Source of the DNA: an uncultured Anaerolineales bacterium
GTDB lineage: Bacteria; Planctomycetota; Phycisphaerae; FEN-1346
DNA length: 64,000 nt
Reading direction: 5' to 3'
NCBI GenBank assembly: GCA_964397995.1
Contig: CAYNLG010000009.1
Span: 1,089-65,088 of the forward strand
Below are positions 46,058 through 56,516 of the stretch, one piece after another. The first letter of the stretch is position 1; every line of letters starts with the position of its first letter. The position numbers were made by a program, and so were the translations under genes. The notes below the pieces were generated by a model that was given only the letters and a program-made list of their open reading frames with translations, was not told the DNA's origin and searched no databases.

Positions 46058-46607
46058 CGTGGACGCTCGCCGCGAAGAACTTCGACGCCTGCTCTACCGC
46101 CGTCGGCGGATGCGGTTGCTGGCCGTGTGCGTCGGGACGGCCTTGGTGTGCGGGCTGGCGGCGGCAATGGTCGCGCCGGAGGTGCTGATCGGCGGGGAGA
46201 CGCGGGTGCGTGCGGCCCCCGCGGCCGAGGCCGCCGGAGCCGAGGCCGCACCGGCCCCGGGTCTGCTGCACCTGGAGGACCACGTGCGGCTGGACCCGCG
46301 CGAGGTCCGCTTCAACAACCACCGCTGGACGGCGCTGCCCGAGAAGGCCCGCCGCGCCTACCTGGAGCGGTACTGGCGTCTGGCGGAGCTGGACGAGCCC
46401 GAACGGGACGCCCTCTTCCAGCAGTACCGCGAGTTCCGCGACGCGCCGAAAGCGACGCGCGACCGCCTCCGACGCCGCGCCAAGGCTCTGGCCGCGTTCG
46501 TCGAGACGCTCAGCCCGCAGGACCAGGCCGTGCTGGAGAGCCTCCCGCCGGAGGAGCGGGCCGCGAAGCTGATCGAACTCTGGCAGGCCCGACGCGACGC
46601 CTGGTAG
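46044..46607 (+). CDS. hypothetical periplasmic/membrane-anchored protein co-transcribed with the sigma/anti-sigma pair
   Basis: GTG start overlapping the anti-sigma stop, one TM segment, and a helical Arg/Glu-rich body. No family assigned. Confidence 0.45.
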   Translation: MREADVDARREELRRLLYRRRRMRLLAVCVGTALVCGLAAAMVAPEVLIGGETRVRAAPAAEAAGAEAAPAPGLLHLEDHVRLDPREVRFNNHRWTALPEKARRAYLERYWRLAELDEPERDALFQQYREFRDAPKATRDRLRRRAKALAAFVETLSPQDQAVLESLPPEERAAKLIELWQARRDAW

Positions 46608-46664
46608 TCCCGGGCGCCTTCCCCCCCCCGCGGAAACCCGTCGCCGCCCGGCGTACGCGCCGGC

Positions 46665-47759
46665 TCAGTACGGCCCGACGCGGCCTTCGAGCACCCAGTC
46701 CTCGCCGATCGCGTCCACCTGGACGTCCAGCACGGGCCACGCCTCGGCGAGCGCGCGCCCGTCGGGGCCCGCCACCGGCCCGAGGGCCCCGGCCGCCCCG
46801 AGAATCTTCGGGGCCATGAAGACCAGCACGCGGTCGACACAGCCGGCGGTGAAAAACGAGCCGAAGACCCGGGCGCCGCCCTCGACCATGACCCGCGACA
46901 TGCCCCGCGCGCCCAGGTCGTCGAGCACCGCCCCCGGCGAGACGCCGGCGGTGTCGGCCTCGACGCCCAGGACCTCGCAGCCGGCCTTCCGCAGCGCGGC
47001 CGCGCGGGCGTGCTCGGCCTCGCCGGGCCGCGTGTAGACCAAGACCGGCACGTCGCGGGCCGAGGCCGCCGGTTCGGCGCCGGGGTCCAGGACGAGCCCG
47101 TCGTCGAGGATGACCCGCGCCGGCTGGCCGCGCTCCGGCAGCGGCGCCACGTGCCGCACCGTCAGCGACGGCCGGTCCGCCCGGGCCGTCCCCGCGCCGA
47201 CAAGGACGGCGTCCGCGATGCGGCGCACCTCGTGGACGCGGCGGCGGGCGGCCGCGCCGGTGATCCAACGGCTGTCGCCGGCGGCCGTGGCAATCCGCCC
47301 GTCCAGCGTCATGGCCCACTTCGCGACGACGAGGGGGCGGCCGGTGGCCTGGCGCTTGAGGTAGGCGGCATTGAGGTGCCGGGCCTCCTCGCCCAAGAGC
47401 CCCACCTCGGCCGTCACTCCCGCCTCGCGCAGCCGCCGCGTCCCACCCCCAGCCACCCGCGGAAAGGGGTCCTCCGTGGCGGCCACCACCCGCGCGACCC
47501 CGGCGGCCAGGATGGCGTCGGTGCAGGGCGGCGTCTTGCCGTGGTGGCAGCAGGGCTCGAGCGTCACGTACAGGGTGGCGCCGCGCGCGGCCTTGCCAGC
47601 GGCGTGGAGGGCGACGACCTCGGCGTGCGGCCCGCCGAACCGGGCGTGGAACCCCTCGCCGATGATCCGCCCGTCGCGCACCACCACGCACCCGACGACC
47701 GGGTTCGGCTCGACCCGCCCCAGCCCGCCGGCCGCCAGCCGCAGCGCCCGCTGCATCAT
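46665..47759 (-). CDS. ribD: bifunctional riboflavin biosynthesis protein RibD (deaminase/reductase)
   Basis: CMP/dCMP deaminase zinc motifs HAEVVAL and TLEPCCHHGKTPPC, followed by the reductase domain. Confidence 0.9.
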   Translation of the reverse strand: MMQRALRLAAGGLGRVEPNPVVGCVVVRDGRIIGEGFHARFGGPHAEVVALHAAGKAARGATLYVTLEPCCHHGKTPPCTDAILAAGVARVVAATEDPFPRVAGGGTRRLREAGVTAEVGLLGEEARHLNAAYLKRQATGRPLVVAKWAMTLDGRIATAAGDSRWITGAAARRRVHEVRRIADAVLVGAGTARADRPSLTVRHVAPLPERGQPARVILDDGLVLDPGAEPAASARDVPVLVYTRPGEAEHARAAALRKAGCEVLGVEADTAGVSPGAVLDDLGARGMSRVMVEGGARVFGSFFTAGCVDRVLVFMAPKILGAAGALGPVAGPDGRALAEAWPVLDVQVDAIGEDWVLEGRVGPY

Positions 47760-47766
47760 CGCCCGG

Positions 47767-48378
47767 TCATCCGCCTGCACGGGAGCCCTCCCGGTCGGCC
47801 TCGGCGGCCGGTTGCTTCGGCGCAAAGAGCAGCGCGGCCGCCAGCCCTGCCACCCCGACCACCAGGAACACGTCGGCCGCGTTGAAGACGTACGGCCAGG
47901 CGAGGGTGTGCCCCAGGACGGTCGGCTGCCATGTGATCTGCAGGAAATCCCGAACCACGCCGTAGACGAGCCGGTCGTAGAGGTTGCCCAGCGCCCCGGC
48001 CAGGATCAGCCCGCACATGACATGCGTCCACCGATGGCGCGGGAGGCTCGAGGCGAACAGGTAGACGATCAGCCCGCACGTTACGAGGGTGAGCAGGGCG
48101 GTGAAGACGCGGCCGGCGACGTGGCCGAGGCCCAGAAGGCCCACGACGTCAAAGCCGAAGACGACGCCCGGGTTCTCGCTTGTCACGAACCGGAAGATGC
48201 CGGGCAGCAGGATACGAGTGCCGCCGAACCCGTCCCCCGCGGGGGGCGCGCCGAGCAGCCGGAAGGCCGCTTCTTTGGAAGCCAGGTCCAGGGCCAAGCC
48301 GAGGCCGACGGTGATCCAGAGCCGCAGATGGCTGGGCCGGTGGCCTAGAGCAAGCCCTTTTCCTCTTGGCGTTTGCAT
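47767..48378 (-). CDS. lspA: lipoprotein signal peptidase II
   Basis: Four TM segments with FVTSENPGVVFGF and VFNAADVFLVVG. The start at 48378 overlaps the dksA 3-prime end by 34 nt; a later start is possible. Confidence 0.75.
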   Translation of the reverse strand: MQTPRGKGLALGHRPSHLRLWITVGLGLALDLASKEAAFRLLGAPPAGDGFGGTRILLPGIFRFVTSENPGVVFGFDVVGLLGLGHVAGRVFTALLTLVTCGLIVYLFASSLPRHRWTHVMCGLILAGALGNLYDRLVYGVVRDFLQITWQPTVLGHTLAWPYVFNAADVFLVVGVAGLAAALLFAPKQPAAEADREGSRAGG

Positions 48379-48722
48379 TCGATGCAGAACTTCGCGTGGG
48401 GCTTGGCCTTCAGGCGGGCCTTCGGGATGGCCCCTTCGCACGCGACGCACTGGCCGTACTGCTTGTTCTCGATGCGCTCGAGGGCCTCGTCGATCTCCTG
48501 GAGGGTGGCCTGCTCGGTCTCGATCAGCCCGAGCGTGAACTCCTGCTCGTAGTTATCCGAGCCGATGTCGGCCATGTCAAGCGGCATCTTCGACAGGTCG
48601 CCGGAGGCGTCCTGCCGGTTCTTCTCCAAGGCCGCCCGCTCCAGGGCCGTCACGTCGCCCATGAGCATCCGGCGCTTCTGGAGGAGCACTTTCTTGAACT
48701 GCTCAAGCTCTCGTGCCCGCAT
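48345..48722 (-). CDS. dksA: DksA/TraR family C4-type zinc-finger transcription factor
   Basis: Coiled-coil plus CVACEGAIPKARLKAKPHAKFCIECK. Confidence 0.8.
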   Translation of the reverse strand: MRARELEQFKKVLLQKRRMLMGDVTALERAALEKNRQDASGDLSKMPLDMADIGSDNYEQEFTLGLIETEQATLQEIDEALERIENKQYGQCVACEGAIPKARLKAKPHAKFCIECKRQEEKGLL

Positions 48723-48953
48723 CGCTCATTCCCTTCTTCACGGTTACGCCTGACGGTCTTGCTGAAGCGCAGCAGTATAGGGCCGGTCGGGGGGTCTGTC
48801 AAGCCGGTAACGGCCCCTCGGGGCCAACCCCTACGGCCCCCCCAAACGGCCTCGCAAAGCCCCCTGCGGCCTTGCCCGGGGCTTTCCCGGACCGTACACT
48901 TAACCCGTTTCCGCGGCGCTGGCGGCACGTTTGAAACCGGTAGGGACAGGCGC

Positions 48954-50000
48954 GTGAGGCAGATCAGGCGAAGAAAGCGAGCCGGGGTCGCGCTGGCCGC
49001 GACCCTGGTACTGGCGGTGGTGGGTGGCATGGGGTGCGAGCCCCAGACCTTGCGGACCCCCGGCAACGACGCGGGCCCGCCCGTCGGCAAGATCGACTTC
49101 CTGAAGGACCCCGCGACCGGCCGCACCTACCACCTGTACGTGCCGACCACCTACACCCCCAAGCGGCGGTACCCGCTGGTCATCACCGCCCACGGGACAT
49201 TCCCCTTCGACCATGCCGCCGGCCAGCGCGACCGCTGGGTCGGCGTGGCCGAGCGCCACGGCCTGATCGTCTGTGCCCCGGACTTCGACGCCGCCACCGG
49301 CCTCCTTGGCGTGCCCGAGGACCGGCCCGCGCCGGAGCTGCTGCGCGACGAGAAGGCGGTCCTCCACATCCTCGATGCGCTTCAGGCCCGGTACCGGATC
49401 GACCCGGACGCCGTCATGATCACGGGCTGGTCGGCCGGCGGGTACCCGGCCCACTTCATTGGGCTCCGTCACCCCGACCGGTTCCGCTGCATCGTCGGCC
49501 GCACCGCCAACTTCAGCCCGCACCTGGTGACGGACGCGACGGCCCGGCGGGCGCGGCACCTGCACGTGTACGTGTACTTCGGGGAGGGCGACCTGCCCGG
49601 GTTCGACGCCATGAACCGCCAGGCCAACGCCTGGTACACCCTCCGCCAGTTCCCCAACTTCGAAATCCGCCGCATGCCCGGCGGCCACGACCCCAGCCCC
49701 GTGGAGGCGGCCCGGTACTTCCTGAAGCTGATCGGCCGGTGGCCGGCCGTCGGCATCCGCGCCTCGCGCCCCGCGGGGGCCGACCCGCGGACCGTCCGCC
49801 TGCGGGCCCTCGTCCGCGACCCCGACAGCCCCGGCAACCGGGTCGACTCGATCCTGTGGCAACTGGGCGACGAGACGGTCGACCTGGGCGCGACCGTCCT
49901 GCACACCTACCCCGGGCCGGGCGTGTACAACGTCTTCCTGACGGTCGTCGACCTGGACGGGCGCCGCGAATACGCGCAGGCGTGGCTGAAGATAGACTGA
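48954..50000 (+). CDS. alpha/beta-hydrolase esterase (PHB-depolymerase-like) lipoprotein with C-terminal PKD-like domain
   Basis: Lipoprotein signal (VVGGMGC), the nucleophile-elbow context ITGWSAGG, and a C-terminal beta-sandwich LHTYPGPGVYNVFLTVVDLDG. Confidence 0.7.
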   Translation: MRQIRRRKRAGVALAATLVLAVVGGMGCEPQTLRTPGNDAGPPVGKIDFLKDPATGRTYHLYVPTTYTPKRRYPLVITAHGTFPFDHAAGQRDRWVGVAERHGLIVCAPDFDAATGLLGVPEDRPAPELLRDEKAVLHILDALQARYRIDPDAVMITGWSAGGYPAHFIGLRHPDRFRCIVGRTANFSPHLVTDATARRARHLHVYVYFGEGDLPGFDAMNRQANAWYTLRQFPNFEIRRMPGGHDPSPVEAARYFLKLIGRWPAVGIRASRPAGADPRTVRLRALVRDPDSPGNRVDSILWQLGDETVDLGATVLHTYPGPGVYNVFLTVVDLDGRREYAQAWLKID

Positions 50001-50043
50001 AGGGTGACGGTCTGCCTCGCCGGTCGCGTGCCGCGGCCCCCCG

Positions 50044-51873
50044 TCAGGGCGCCATCACCTCGAGCGCCGTGTGCACGTTCCCGAACGGGGCGCTCACCTG
50101 GATGCCCGCCACCCGGTCGCGGACCCGCTCGACCGATTCCCGCGCGATGGCGATGCCTTCCTGCCGCTGGGCCTCGCGGTCGTCGTGGGCGGCCATGCGG
50201 TCCATGATCTCGTCCGGCACCGTGACGCCGGGCACCTCGTTCTTCATGAACGTGGCGTTGCGGAGGCTGGCCAGCGGCCAGACGCCCGCCAGCACCGGCA
50301 GGTGGCAGTCGGCCACCCGGTCCAGGAAGCGGAGCAGGGCGTCCGGGTCGAAGACGGGCTGGGTGATGGCGAACTCGGCGCCGGCCTCGGCCTTCTCGCG
50401 GAAGCGGCGCATCTCGCGGTCGAGGTCGATCGCGCTCGGGTCGGCCCCCACGCCCATCACGGCCGCCGTCGGCGGGTCGATGGCCTGGCCCCCGATGTCC
50501 GCCCCCCGGTTCAGCCGCGCCTGGTAGCCCACCATGCCGATCGAGTCGGCGTCGAAGACGCCGCTCGCGAACGGATAGCGCCCCAGCTTCGGCGGGTCGC
50601 CCGTCACGAAGAGCAGGTTCCGGATGTTCGTGGCGGCACAGGCGAGCAGGTCGGCCTGCATGCCGATCAGGTTCCGGTCGCGGCAGCAGAAGTGGAGGAT
50701 CGGCTCGATATGGGCCGCCTCCAGCAGGCGGATGGCCGTGACCAGCGGCGAGATGCGCGAGCTCGCCCGCGGGCCGTCCGGCACGTTGATCGCGTCCACC
50801 CCATGCCGGTGCAGGATCCGCGCCTTCTCGACGATGTCCGTCAGGTCGTGGCCGCGCGGCGGCACGAGTTCCACCGTCTGGACCCACTGGCGGTGGGCGA
50901 GGTGCCAGCCGAGGCGCGACCGCTCGGCCAGCGGCATCGGCTCCTTCAGTTCGCAGGCCTCGCCAAGGGTCTCCGCGGCCGTGACGCGCCGGCGCGTCAG
51001 GGGCTTGATCGTCTGGCCGATCACGCGGATGTGCTCCGGCGTCGTGCCGCAGCAGCCCCCCACGCCGACGATGCCCAGGTCCACGTACCGCTTGGCGTAC
51101 TCCGCCAGGTACTCCGGCGAGCACATGTAGATCATGCGGCCGCCCACCTCGCGGGGGGCCCCGGCGTTCGGGTAGACGAAGACGGGCAGGTCGGTCAGCT
51201 TCGTCACCTGCTCCACCGCGCCGAGAAGGGCGTCCGGGCCGGCGCCGCAGTTCATGCCCCAGCCGACGGGCCGCGGCCCCGCGGGGTCAAGCGGCGCGAC
51301 CATCGCCTTCAGCGGCTCCCCGGCCGCCGACTCGGTGTCCTCGAAGACCGTGAACGAGATCGCGAACGGGTGATCGACGCCGCGTATTGCCCGGGCGCAC
51401 CGGTCGATCATCGGCCGGTCGCGCTGGGTCTCGAAGAGGACCACGTCCACGCCCGCCTCGGCGAGGATCCGGGCCTGCTCGTGCAGCACCTCGACGACGC
51501 CGGCCTCCTGCTCGGGCCGCTCCGGCAGGACCGGGCCGATGGACCCGGCCACGAAGACGCGGGCCTCGCTCGAGTCGGCCACCTCCCGGGCGATCCGCAC
51601 GGCCGCCCGGTTGATCTTCTCCAGCCGGTCGCCCAGCCCGAACGGGGCGAGGGCCTGGCGGTTGGCCCCGAAGGTGTTGGTGATAAGGACCTCGGCCCCG
51701 GCCTCCAGATACTCGGTGTGGATCTCGCGGACCAGGTCCGGCCGCGACAGGTTCAGCTCGTCGAAGCACTGGTTGACGAAGACGTGCCGCCGGTAGATTT
51801 CCGTGCCCATGGCCCCGTCGAAGACGAGGATGCGGTGGCCCAGGGCGTCGGCGAACGTCTCGGGGGTCGGCAT
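50044..51873 (-). CDS. bifunctional homocysteine S-methyltransferase / 5,10-methylenetetrahydrofolate reductase (YitJ-like)
   Basis: N-terminal Hcy-binding domain (ILVFDGAMGTEI...GGCCGTTPEHI) fused to a C-terminal MTHFR domain (LHFCCRDRNLIGMQADLL...FVTGDPP). Confidence 0.85.
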   Translation of the reverse strand: MPTPETFADALGHRILVFDGAMGTEIYRRHVFVNQCFDELNLSRPDLVREIHTEYLEAGAEVLITNTFGANRQALAPFGLGDRLEKINRAAVRIAREVADSSEARVFVAGSIGPVLPERPEQEAGVVEVLHEQARILAEAGVDVVLFETQRDRPMIDRCARAIRGVDHPFAISFTVFEDTESAAGEPLKAMVAPLDPAGPRPVGWGMNCGAGPDALLGAVEQVTKLTDLPVFVYPNAGAPREVGGRMIYMCSPEYLAEYAKRYVDLGIVGVGGCCGTTPEHIRVIGQTIKPLTRRRVTAAETLGEACELKEPMPLAERSRLGWHLAHRQWVQTVELVPPRGHDLTDIVEKARILHRHGVDAINVPDGPRASSRISPLVTAIRLLEAAHIEPILHFCCRDRNLIGMQADLLACAATNIRNLLFVTGDPPKLGRYPFASGVFDADSIGMVGYQARLNRGADIGGQAIDPPTAAVMGVGADPSAIDLDREMRRFREKAEAGAEFAITQPVFDPDALLRFLDRVADCHLPVLAGVWPLASLRNATFMKNEVPGVTVPDEIMDRMAAHDDREAQRQEGIAIARESVERVRDRVAGIQVSAPFGNVHTALEVMAP

Positions 51874-52092
51874 GGTGGGCTCCGAAGAGGGTCGTGAGAG
51901 ACGGCGGGCGCCGGCCTCCGGTCCGGGGGGCGCCCCGCCGCTTTTGGCCAAAGCTTAAGGCGGTCGCTTCACGATGTCAAGGTAAGCCGCGGTCCGCGCC
52001 GGGGCCCTGGCGCTTGACGCCCCCCGCCGCCGGCGCCTACAGTGTCGGCCCGCCGGGGGCAGCGGTCCGGCCTCCGGCCCCAGGAGAGGTGC

Positions 52093-53781
52093 ATGCTCAG
52101 CGATATCGAAATCGCCCAACAGGCGACGATCCGGCCCGCGGCCGAGGTGGCTCGCGCGCTCGGCGTCCGCGACGACGAGTACGAGCCCTACGGGCCGTAC
52201 CTCGGCAAGGTCCACCCGCGCATCCTGGAGCGCCTGGCCGACCGGCCGCGCGGCAAGTACGTCGTTGTCACCGGCATCACGCCGACACCGCTCGGCGAGG
52301 GCAAGACCGTCACCACCATCGGCGCGTCGATGGCCCTGGCCCGCCTCGGCCACAGCGTCTGCACCTGCATCCGCCAGCCCAGCCTCGGCCCCACCTTCGG
52401 CATCAAGGGCGGGGCGGCGGGGGGCGGCCACAGCCAGGTCCTCCCCATGGAGGACCTCAACCTGCACCTGACCGGCGACTTCCACGCCGTCGGCCTCGCC
52501 AATAACCTCGCCTGCGCCTTCGTCGACAACCACCTGTATCACGGCAACCCCTTCGCCATCGACCCCTACGCCCCGACCCTCCGCCGCGTCATCGACCTCA
52601 ACGACCGCTGGGGCCTGGAGGAGATCGTCACCGGCCTCGGCAGCGGCGTCGTCCGCCGCACCGGCTTCGACATCACCGCCGCCAGCGAGGTCATGGCCAT
52701 CCTGGGCCTGGCGGCGGATTTCGCCGACCTCCGCGCCCGCCTTGGCCGCATGGTCGTCGCCTACCGGCGCGGCGGGGAGCCCGTGACGTGCGACGACCTC
52801 CAGGTCGCCGGCGCCATGGCCGCCCTCCTCAAGGAGGCCCTCAAGCCGAACCTCGTCCAGACCATCGAGCACACGCCGTGCTTCGTCCACACGGGCCCGT
52901 TCGCGAACATCGCCCACGGCAACTCGTCCATCCTCGCCGACCTCATCGCCACCAAGCTCGTCGACTTCACCGTGACCGAGGCCGGCTTCGGCGCCGCCAT
53001 CGGCATGGAGAAGTTCTTCGACATCAAGTGCCGCGCGAGCGGCCTGCGCCCCGACTGCGTCCTCCTCGTCGCCACCGTCCGGGCCCTGAAGGTCCACAGC
53101 GGCCGCTTCGAGGTCAAGGCCGGCAAGCCGCTCGACCCGGTCCTGCTGGAGCCCGACCCCGGGGCGGTGGCCGAAGGATGCGGCAACCTGGCGAAGCAGA
53201 TCGAGAACGTCCGCCGCCACGGCCTCCCGTGCGTGGTGGCTCTGAACCGGTTCGCCTCCGACGCCGAGGCGGAGTACGAGGTTGCCATCCGGGCCGCCCT
53301 GGACGCCGGCGCCGCCTGGGCCGGCACCTCCAGCGTCTACGCCGAAGGCGGCGACGGCGGCCTGGAGGTGGCCCGCGCCGTTGCCGAGGCCTGCGAGACG
53401 CCCGGCGACTTCCGCTTCCTCTACGACCTGGAAGCCTCCATCCCCGAGAAGATCGAGACCATCGCCCGCGAGATGTACGGGGCCGGCGGCGTCGCCTACG
53501 AGAAGGACGCCCTCCGCGCCATCGACCGCTACACCGCCCTCGGCTACGACCGGATGCCCGTCTGCATGGCCAAGACGCACCTCAGCCTGTCGCACGATCC
53601 CATGGTCAAGGGCCGCCCCGAGGGCTTCACGCTGCCCGTCCGCGACGTCCGGGCCAGCGTCGGCGCGGGGTTCCTGTACCCGCTGTGCGGGCAGATGCGG
53701 ACGATTCCCGGCCTGCCGACGCGCCCCGGGGGCGAGCGCATCGACCTGACGCCCGACGGTCGCGTCACCGGCCTCTTCTGA
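52093..53781 (+). CDS. fhs: formate--tetrahydrofolate ligase
   Basis: MLSDIEIAQQA, PTPLGEGKTVTTIG and full-length conservation. Confidence 0.95.
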   Translation: MLSDIEIAQQATIRPAAEVARALGVRDDEYEPYGPYLGKVHPRILERLADRPRGKYVVVTGITPTPLGEGKTVTTIGASMALARLGHSVCTCIRQPSLGPTFGIKGGAAGGGHSQVLPMEDLNLHLTGDFHAVGLANNLACAFVDNHLYHGNPFAIDPYAPTLRRVIDLNDRWGLEEIVTGLGSGVVRRTGFDITAASEVMAILGLAADFADLRARLGRMVVAYRRGGEPVTCDDLQVAGAMAALLKEALKPNLVQTIEHTPCFVHTGPFANIAHGNSSILADLIATKLVDFTVTEAGFGAAIGMEKFFDIKCRASGLRPDCVLLVATVRALKVHSGRFEVKAGKPLDPVLLEPDPGAVAEGCGNLAKQIENVRRHGLPCVVALNRFASDAEAEYEVAIRAALDAGAAWAGTSSVYAEGGDGGLEVARAVAEACETPGDFRFLYDLEASIPEKIETIAREMYGAGGVAYEKDALRAIDRYTALGYDRMPVCMAKTHLSLSHDPMVKGRPEGFTLPVRDVRASVGAGFLYPLCGQMRTIPGLPTRPGGERIDLTPDGRVTGLF

Positions 53782-53866
53782 CGAGACCGGCCGCCGGCCG
53801 CGAAGTTTGCTTGCACGCCGCCGCGGCGCGCGCTAAGGTACGCACGAACCCGGGAAGGAGAACGCC

Positions 53867-54160
53867 ATGCAGTCCGTACCACAGTTCGAAGGCGCCGAGG
53901 TGATGACGGGCATCGGGGCCCTCTTCGCCCTCGTCATTGCTCTGGTGTCGGTCGTCATCGGCATCATCGTCTGGTGGAAAATCTTCTCGAAGGTCGGCTG
54001 GTCCGGGGCGCTGGGCCTCCTGATGCTCGTCCCCATCGTCAACCTCGTCATGATCTTCGTGCTGGCCTTCGGCACCTGGCCCATCGAGCGCGAACTGGAG
54101 CAGCTCCGGGCCGCGCGCAGCCAGTCGGCCGGAGGGCCGGCCCAGCCGCCCTTGGCTTAG
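53867..54160 (+). CDS. small two-TM membrane protein
   Basis: Two hydrophobic helices (GIGALFALVIALVSVVIGIIVWW; ALGLLMLVPIVNLVMIFVLAF). 97 aa. Confidence 0.4.
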   Translation: MQSVPQFEGAEVMTGIGALFALVIALVSVVIGIIVWWKIFSKVGWSGALGLLMLVPIVNLVMIFVLAFGTWPIERELEQLRAARSQSAGGPAQPPLA

Positions 54161-54223
54161 CGCCCGCGGCCGGGGCCCCGCCGGCGCCGCCCGCGGGACC
54201 GCGGCGCCGCCCAAGGAGTCCGT

Positions 54224-55129
54224 GTGCCCGCCAAACGTATCGACGGGGAGGCCCTCGCGGCCCGCATCCGCGCCGACCTCGCCGACGACCTCCAGGAGGT
54301 CGTTCGGGTCTCCGGCCACGCGCCTGCCCTCGTCTCCGTCATGGTCGGCGCCAACCCGGGCGGCCGCGTCTACGCCCGGAGCCTGGCGGCCGCGTGCGGC
54401 CAGGTCGGCATCGACTGCCGCCTCGTCGACCTCTCCGGCGACACCACCTCGGGCCAGCTCGGCGCGCGCCTCTCGGCGCTGGGGGCCGAGGCCGACGTCG
54501 ACGGCCTCCTCCTGCAGATGCCGCTGCCGGCGGGGCTGAACGCCCGCGACGTCGCCGAGCACATCCCCCCCGAGAAGGACGTCGAGGGCCTGACCTCCCA
54601 CAACCTCGGCCGCCTCTTCTTCTACGAGCCGCCCGACCTCGTCCCCGCCACCGCCGCCGCCGCCTACGAACTCATCCGCTTCGCCGGCTGCCAGCTCCAC
54701 GGGGCCGAGGCCGTCGTCGTCGGCCACTCGCCCATCGTCGGCAAACCCGTGGCCTGCCTGCTGGCCAACGACCTGGCCACCTGCACCATCTGCCACGTCG
54801 GCACGCGCGACCTGGCGGCCCACACGCGCGCGGCCGACGTGCTGGTCGTCGCGGTCGGCAAACCCGGCCTGATCACGGCCGAGCACGTCCGCCCCGGGGC
54901 GACCGTCATCGACGTCGGCATCAGCCGCGTCCCCGTCTTCGGCCCCGACGGCGAGCCGGTCCTCGCGAAGTCCGGGCGCCCCAAGATGAAGACCGTCGGC
55001 GACGTCGACGCCGCCTCCGTCCGGCCCGTCGCGGGGGCGCTGACGCCGGTGCCGGGCGGGGTCGGGCCGGTGACCGTGGCGATGATCATGCGGAACACGG
55101 TCCGCGCCGCCCAGGCCCGGTGGCTGTGA
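54224..55129 (+). CDS. folD: bifunctional methylenetetrahydrofolate dehydrogenase/cyclohydrolase
   Basis: GTG start, VGHSPIVGKPVACLL, PVPGGVGPVTVAMIM. Confidence 0.9.
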   Translation: MPAKRIDGEALAARIRADLADDLQEVVRVSGHAPALVSVMVGANPGGRVYARSLAAACGQVGIDCRLVDLSGDTTSGQLGARLSALGAEADVDGLLLQMPLPAGLNARDVAEHIPPEKDVEGLTSHNLGRLFFYEPPDLVPATAAAAYELIRFAGCQLHGAEAVVVGHSPIVGKPVACLLANDLATCTICHVGTRDLAAHTRAADVLVVAVGKPGLITAEHVRPGATVIDVGISRVPVFGPDGEPVLAKSGRPKMKTVGDVDAASVRPVAGALTPVPGGVGPVTVAMIMRNTVRAAQARWL

Positions 55130-55270
55130 CCGACGCGGGGCCGCCGGCCGCCCCCCCGGGCAGCCGGAATGCCCTTTTCGCTTGATTTGCGGCCCCGACT
55201 GCCTACACTGCTTTGTTCCCCCGGCCCGCGGCGGCCGGGGTCTCACTCGGAATCGACGAAGGAGCGAAGC

Positions 55271-56467
55271 GTGGCGAGCAAGGCTTGGGACATCCCGAAG
55301 GGCCATCGGCTCTTCACCAGCGAAGCGGTCACCGGCGGCCACCCGGACAAGATGGCCGACCAGATCTCCGACGCCGTCCTCGACGCCATGATCCGGCAGG
55401 ACCCCCGCAGCCGCGTGGCCTGCGAAACCATGGTCACCACCGGCATGGTCGTCGTCGCCGGCGAAATCACCACCGAGGCCCGCGTCGACATCCCCGACGT
55501 CGTCCGCGCCACCATCAAGGACATCGGCTACACCGACGCCGACATGGGCTTCGACCACGAACACTGTGCCGTCTTGGTGGCGCTGGACCGCCAGAGCCCG
55601 GACATTGCGCGCGGCGTGAACGCGGGCGAGGACAAGGAACAGGGCGCCGGCGACCAGGGCATCATGTTCGGCTTCGCCTGCCGCCAGACACCCCAGCTCA
55701 TGCCCATGCCCATCCAGCTTGCCCACCAGCTCTGCAACCGCCTGACCCAGGTCCGCCGCGAGGGCGGCCTCCCGTGGCTCCGCCCCGACGGCAAGAGCCA
55801 GGTCACCGTCCAGTACGACGCCGAGGGCAAGGTCGTCCGCATCCACACCGTCGTCATCTCGACCCAGCACGCCGATTCGGTCTCGAACGACGAGCTCCAC
55901 CGCGGCATCAAGGATCAGATCATCGAGCCGGTCATCCCAAGCGAGTACCTTGACGACGACACCATCTACCACATCAACCCGACCGGCCGCTTCGTCGTCG
56001 GCGGGCCCCAGGGCGACTGCGGCCTGACGGGACGCAAGATCATCGTCGACACCTACGGCGGTATGGGCAGCCACGGCGGCGGGGCCTTCTCCGGAAAGGA
56101 CCCCTCCAAGGTCGACCGCACCGCCGCCTACATGGCACGCCACGTCGCCAAGAACATCGTCGCCGCCGACCTCGCCCAGCGCGTCGAGGTCCAGCTCTCC
56201 TACGCTATCGGCGTCGCCGACGCCCTCAGCGTCCACGCCGACACCGGCGGCACCGGCGTCCTGGCCGACGAGGACCTCGCCGCCGTCATCCGCGACGTCT
56301 TCCCCCTGAAGCCCCGCGAGATGATCGAGTACCTGGACCTGCTGCGGCCGATCTTCCGCAAGACCGCCGAGGGCGGCCACTTCGGCCGCGAACTCCCCGA
56401 GTTCACCTGGGAGGGCCTCGACAAGGTCGACGAAGTCAAACGGGCCGCCAAGGCCCGCGGGGCGTAG
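55271..56467 (+). CDS. metK: S-adenosylmethionine synthetase
   Basis: GTG start, [41 protein letters not shown]. Confidence 0.95.
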   Translation: MASKAWDIPKGHRLFTSEAVTGGHPDKMADQISDAVLDAMIRQDPRSRVACETMVTTGMVVVAGEITTEARVDIPDVVRATIKDIGYTDADMGFDHEHCAVLVALDRQSPDIARGVNAGEDKEQGAGDQGIMFGFACRQTPQLMPMPIQLAHQLCNRLTQVRREGGLPWLRPDGKSQVTVQYDAEGKVVRIHTVVISTQHADSVSNDELHRGIKDQIIEPVIPSEYLDDDTIYHINPTGRFVVGGPQGDCGLTGRKIIVDTYGGMGSHGGGAFSGKDPSKVDRTAAYMARHVAKNIVAADLAQRVEVQLSYAIGVADALSVHADTGGTGVLADEDLAAVIRDVFPLKPREMIEYLDLLRPIFRKTAEGGHFGRELPEFTWEGLDKVDEVKRAAKARGA

Positions 56468-56516
56468 CGCCCGCGAAGAGCGGCCATCCGACGCGACCGC
56501 TGCAAGGGGAGGGACC

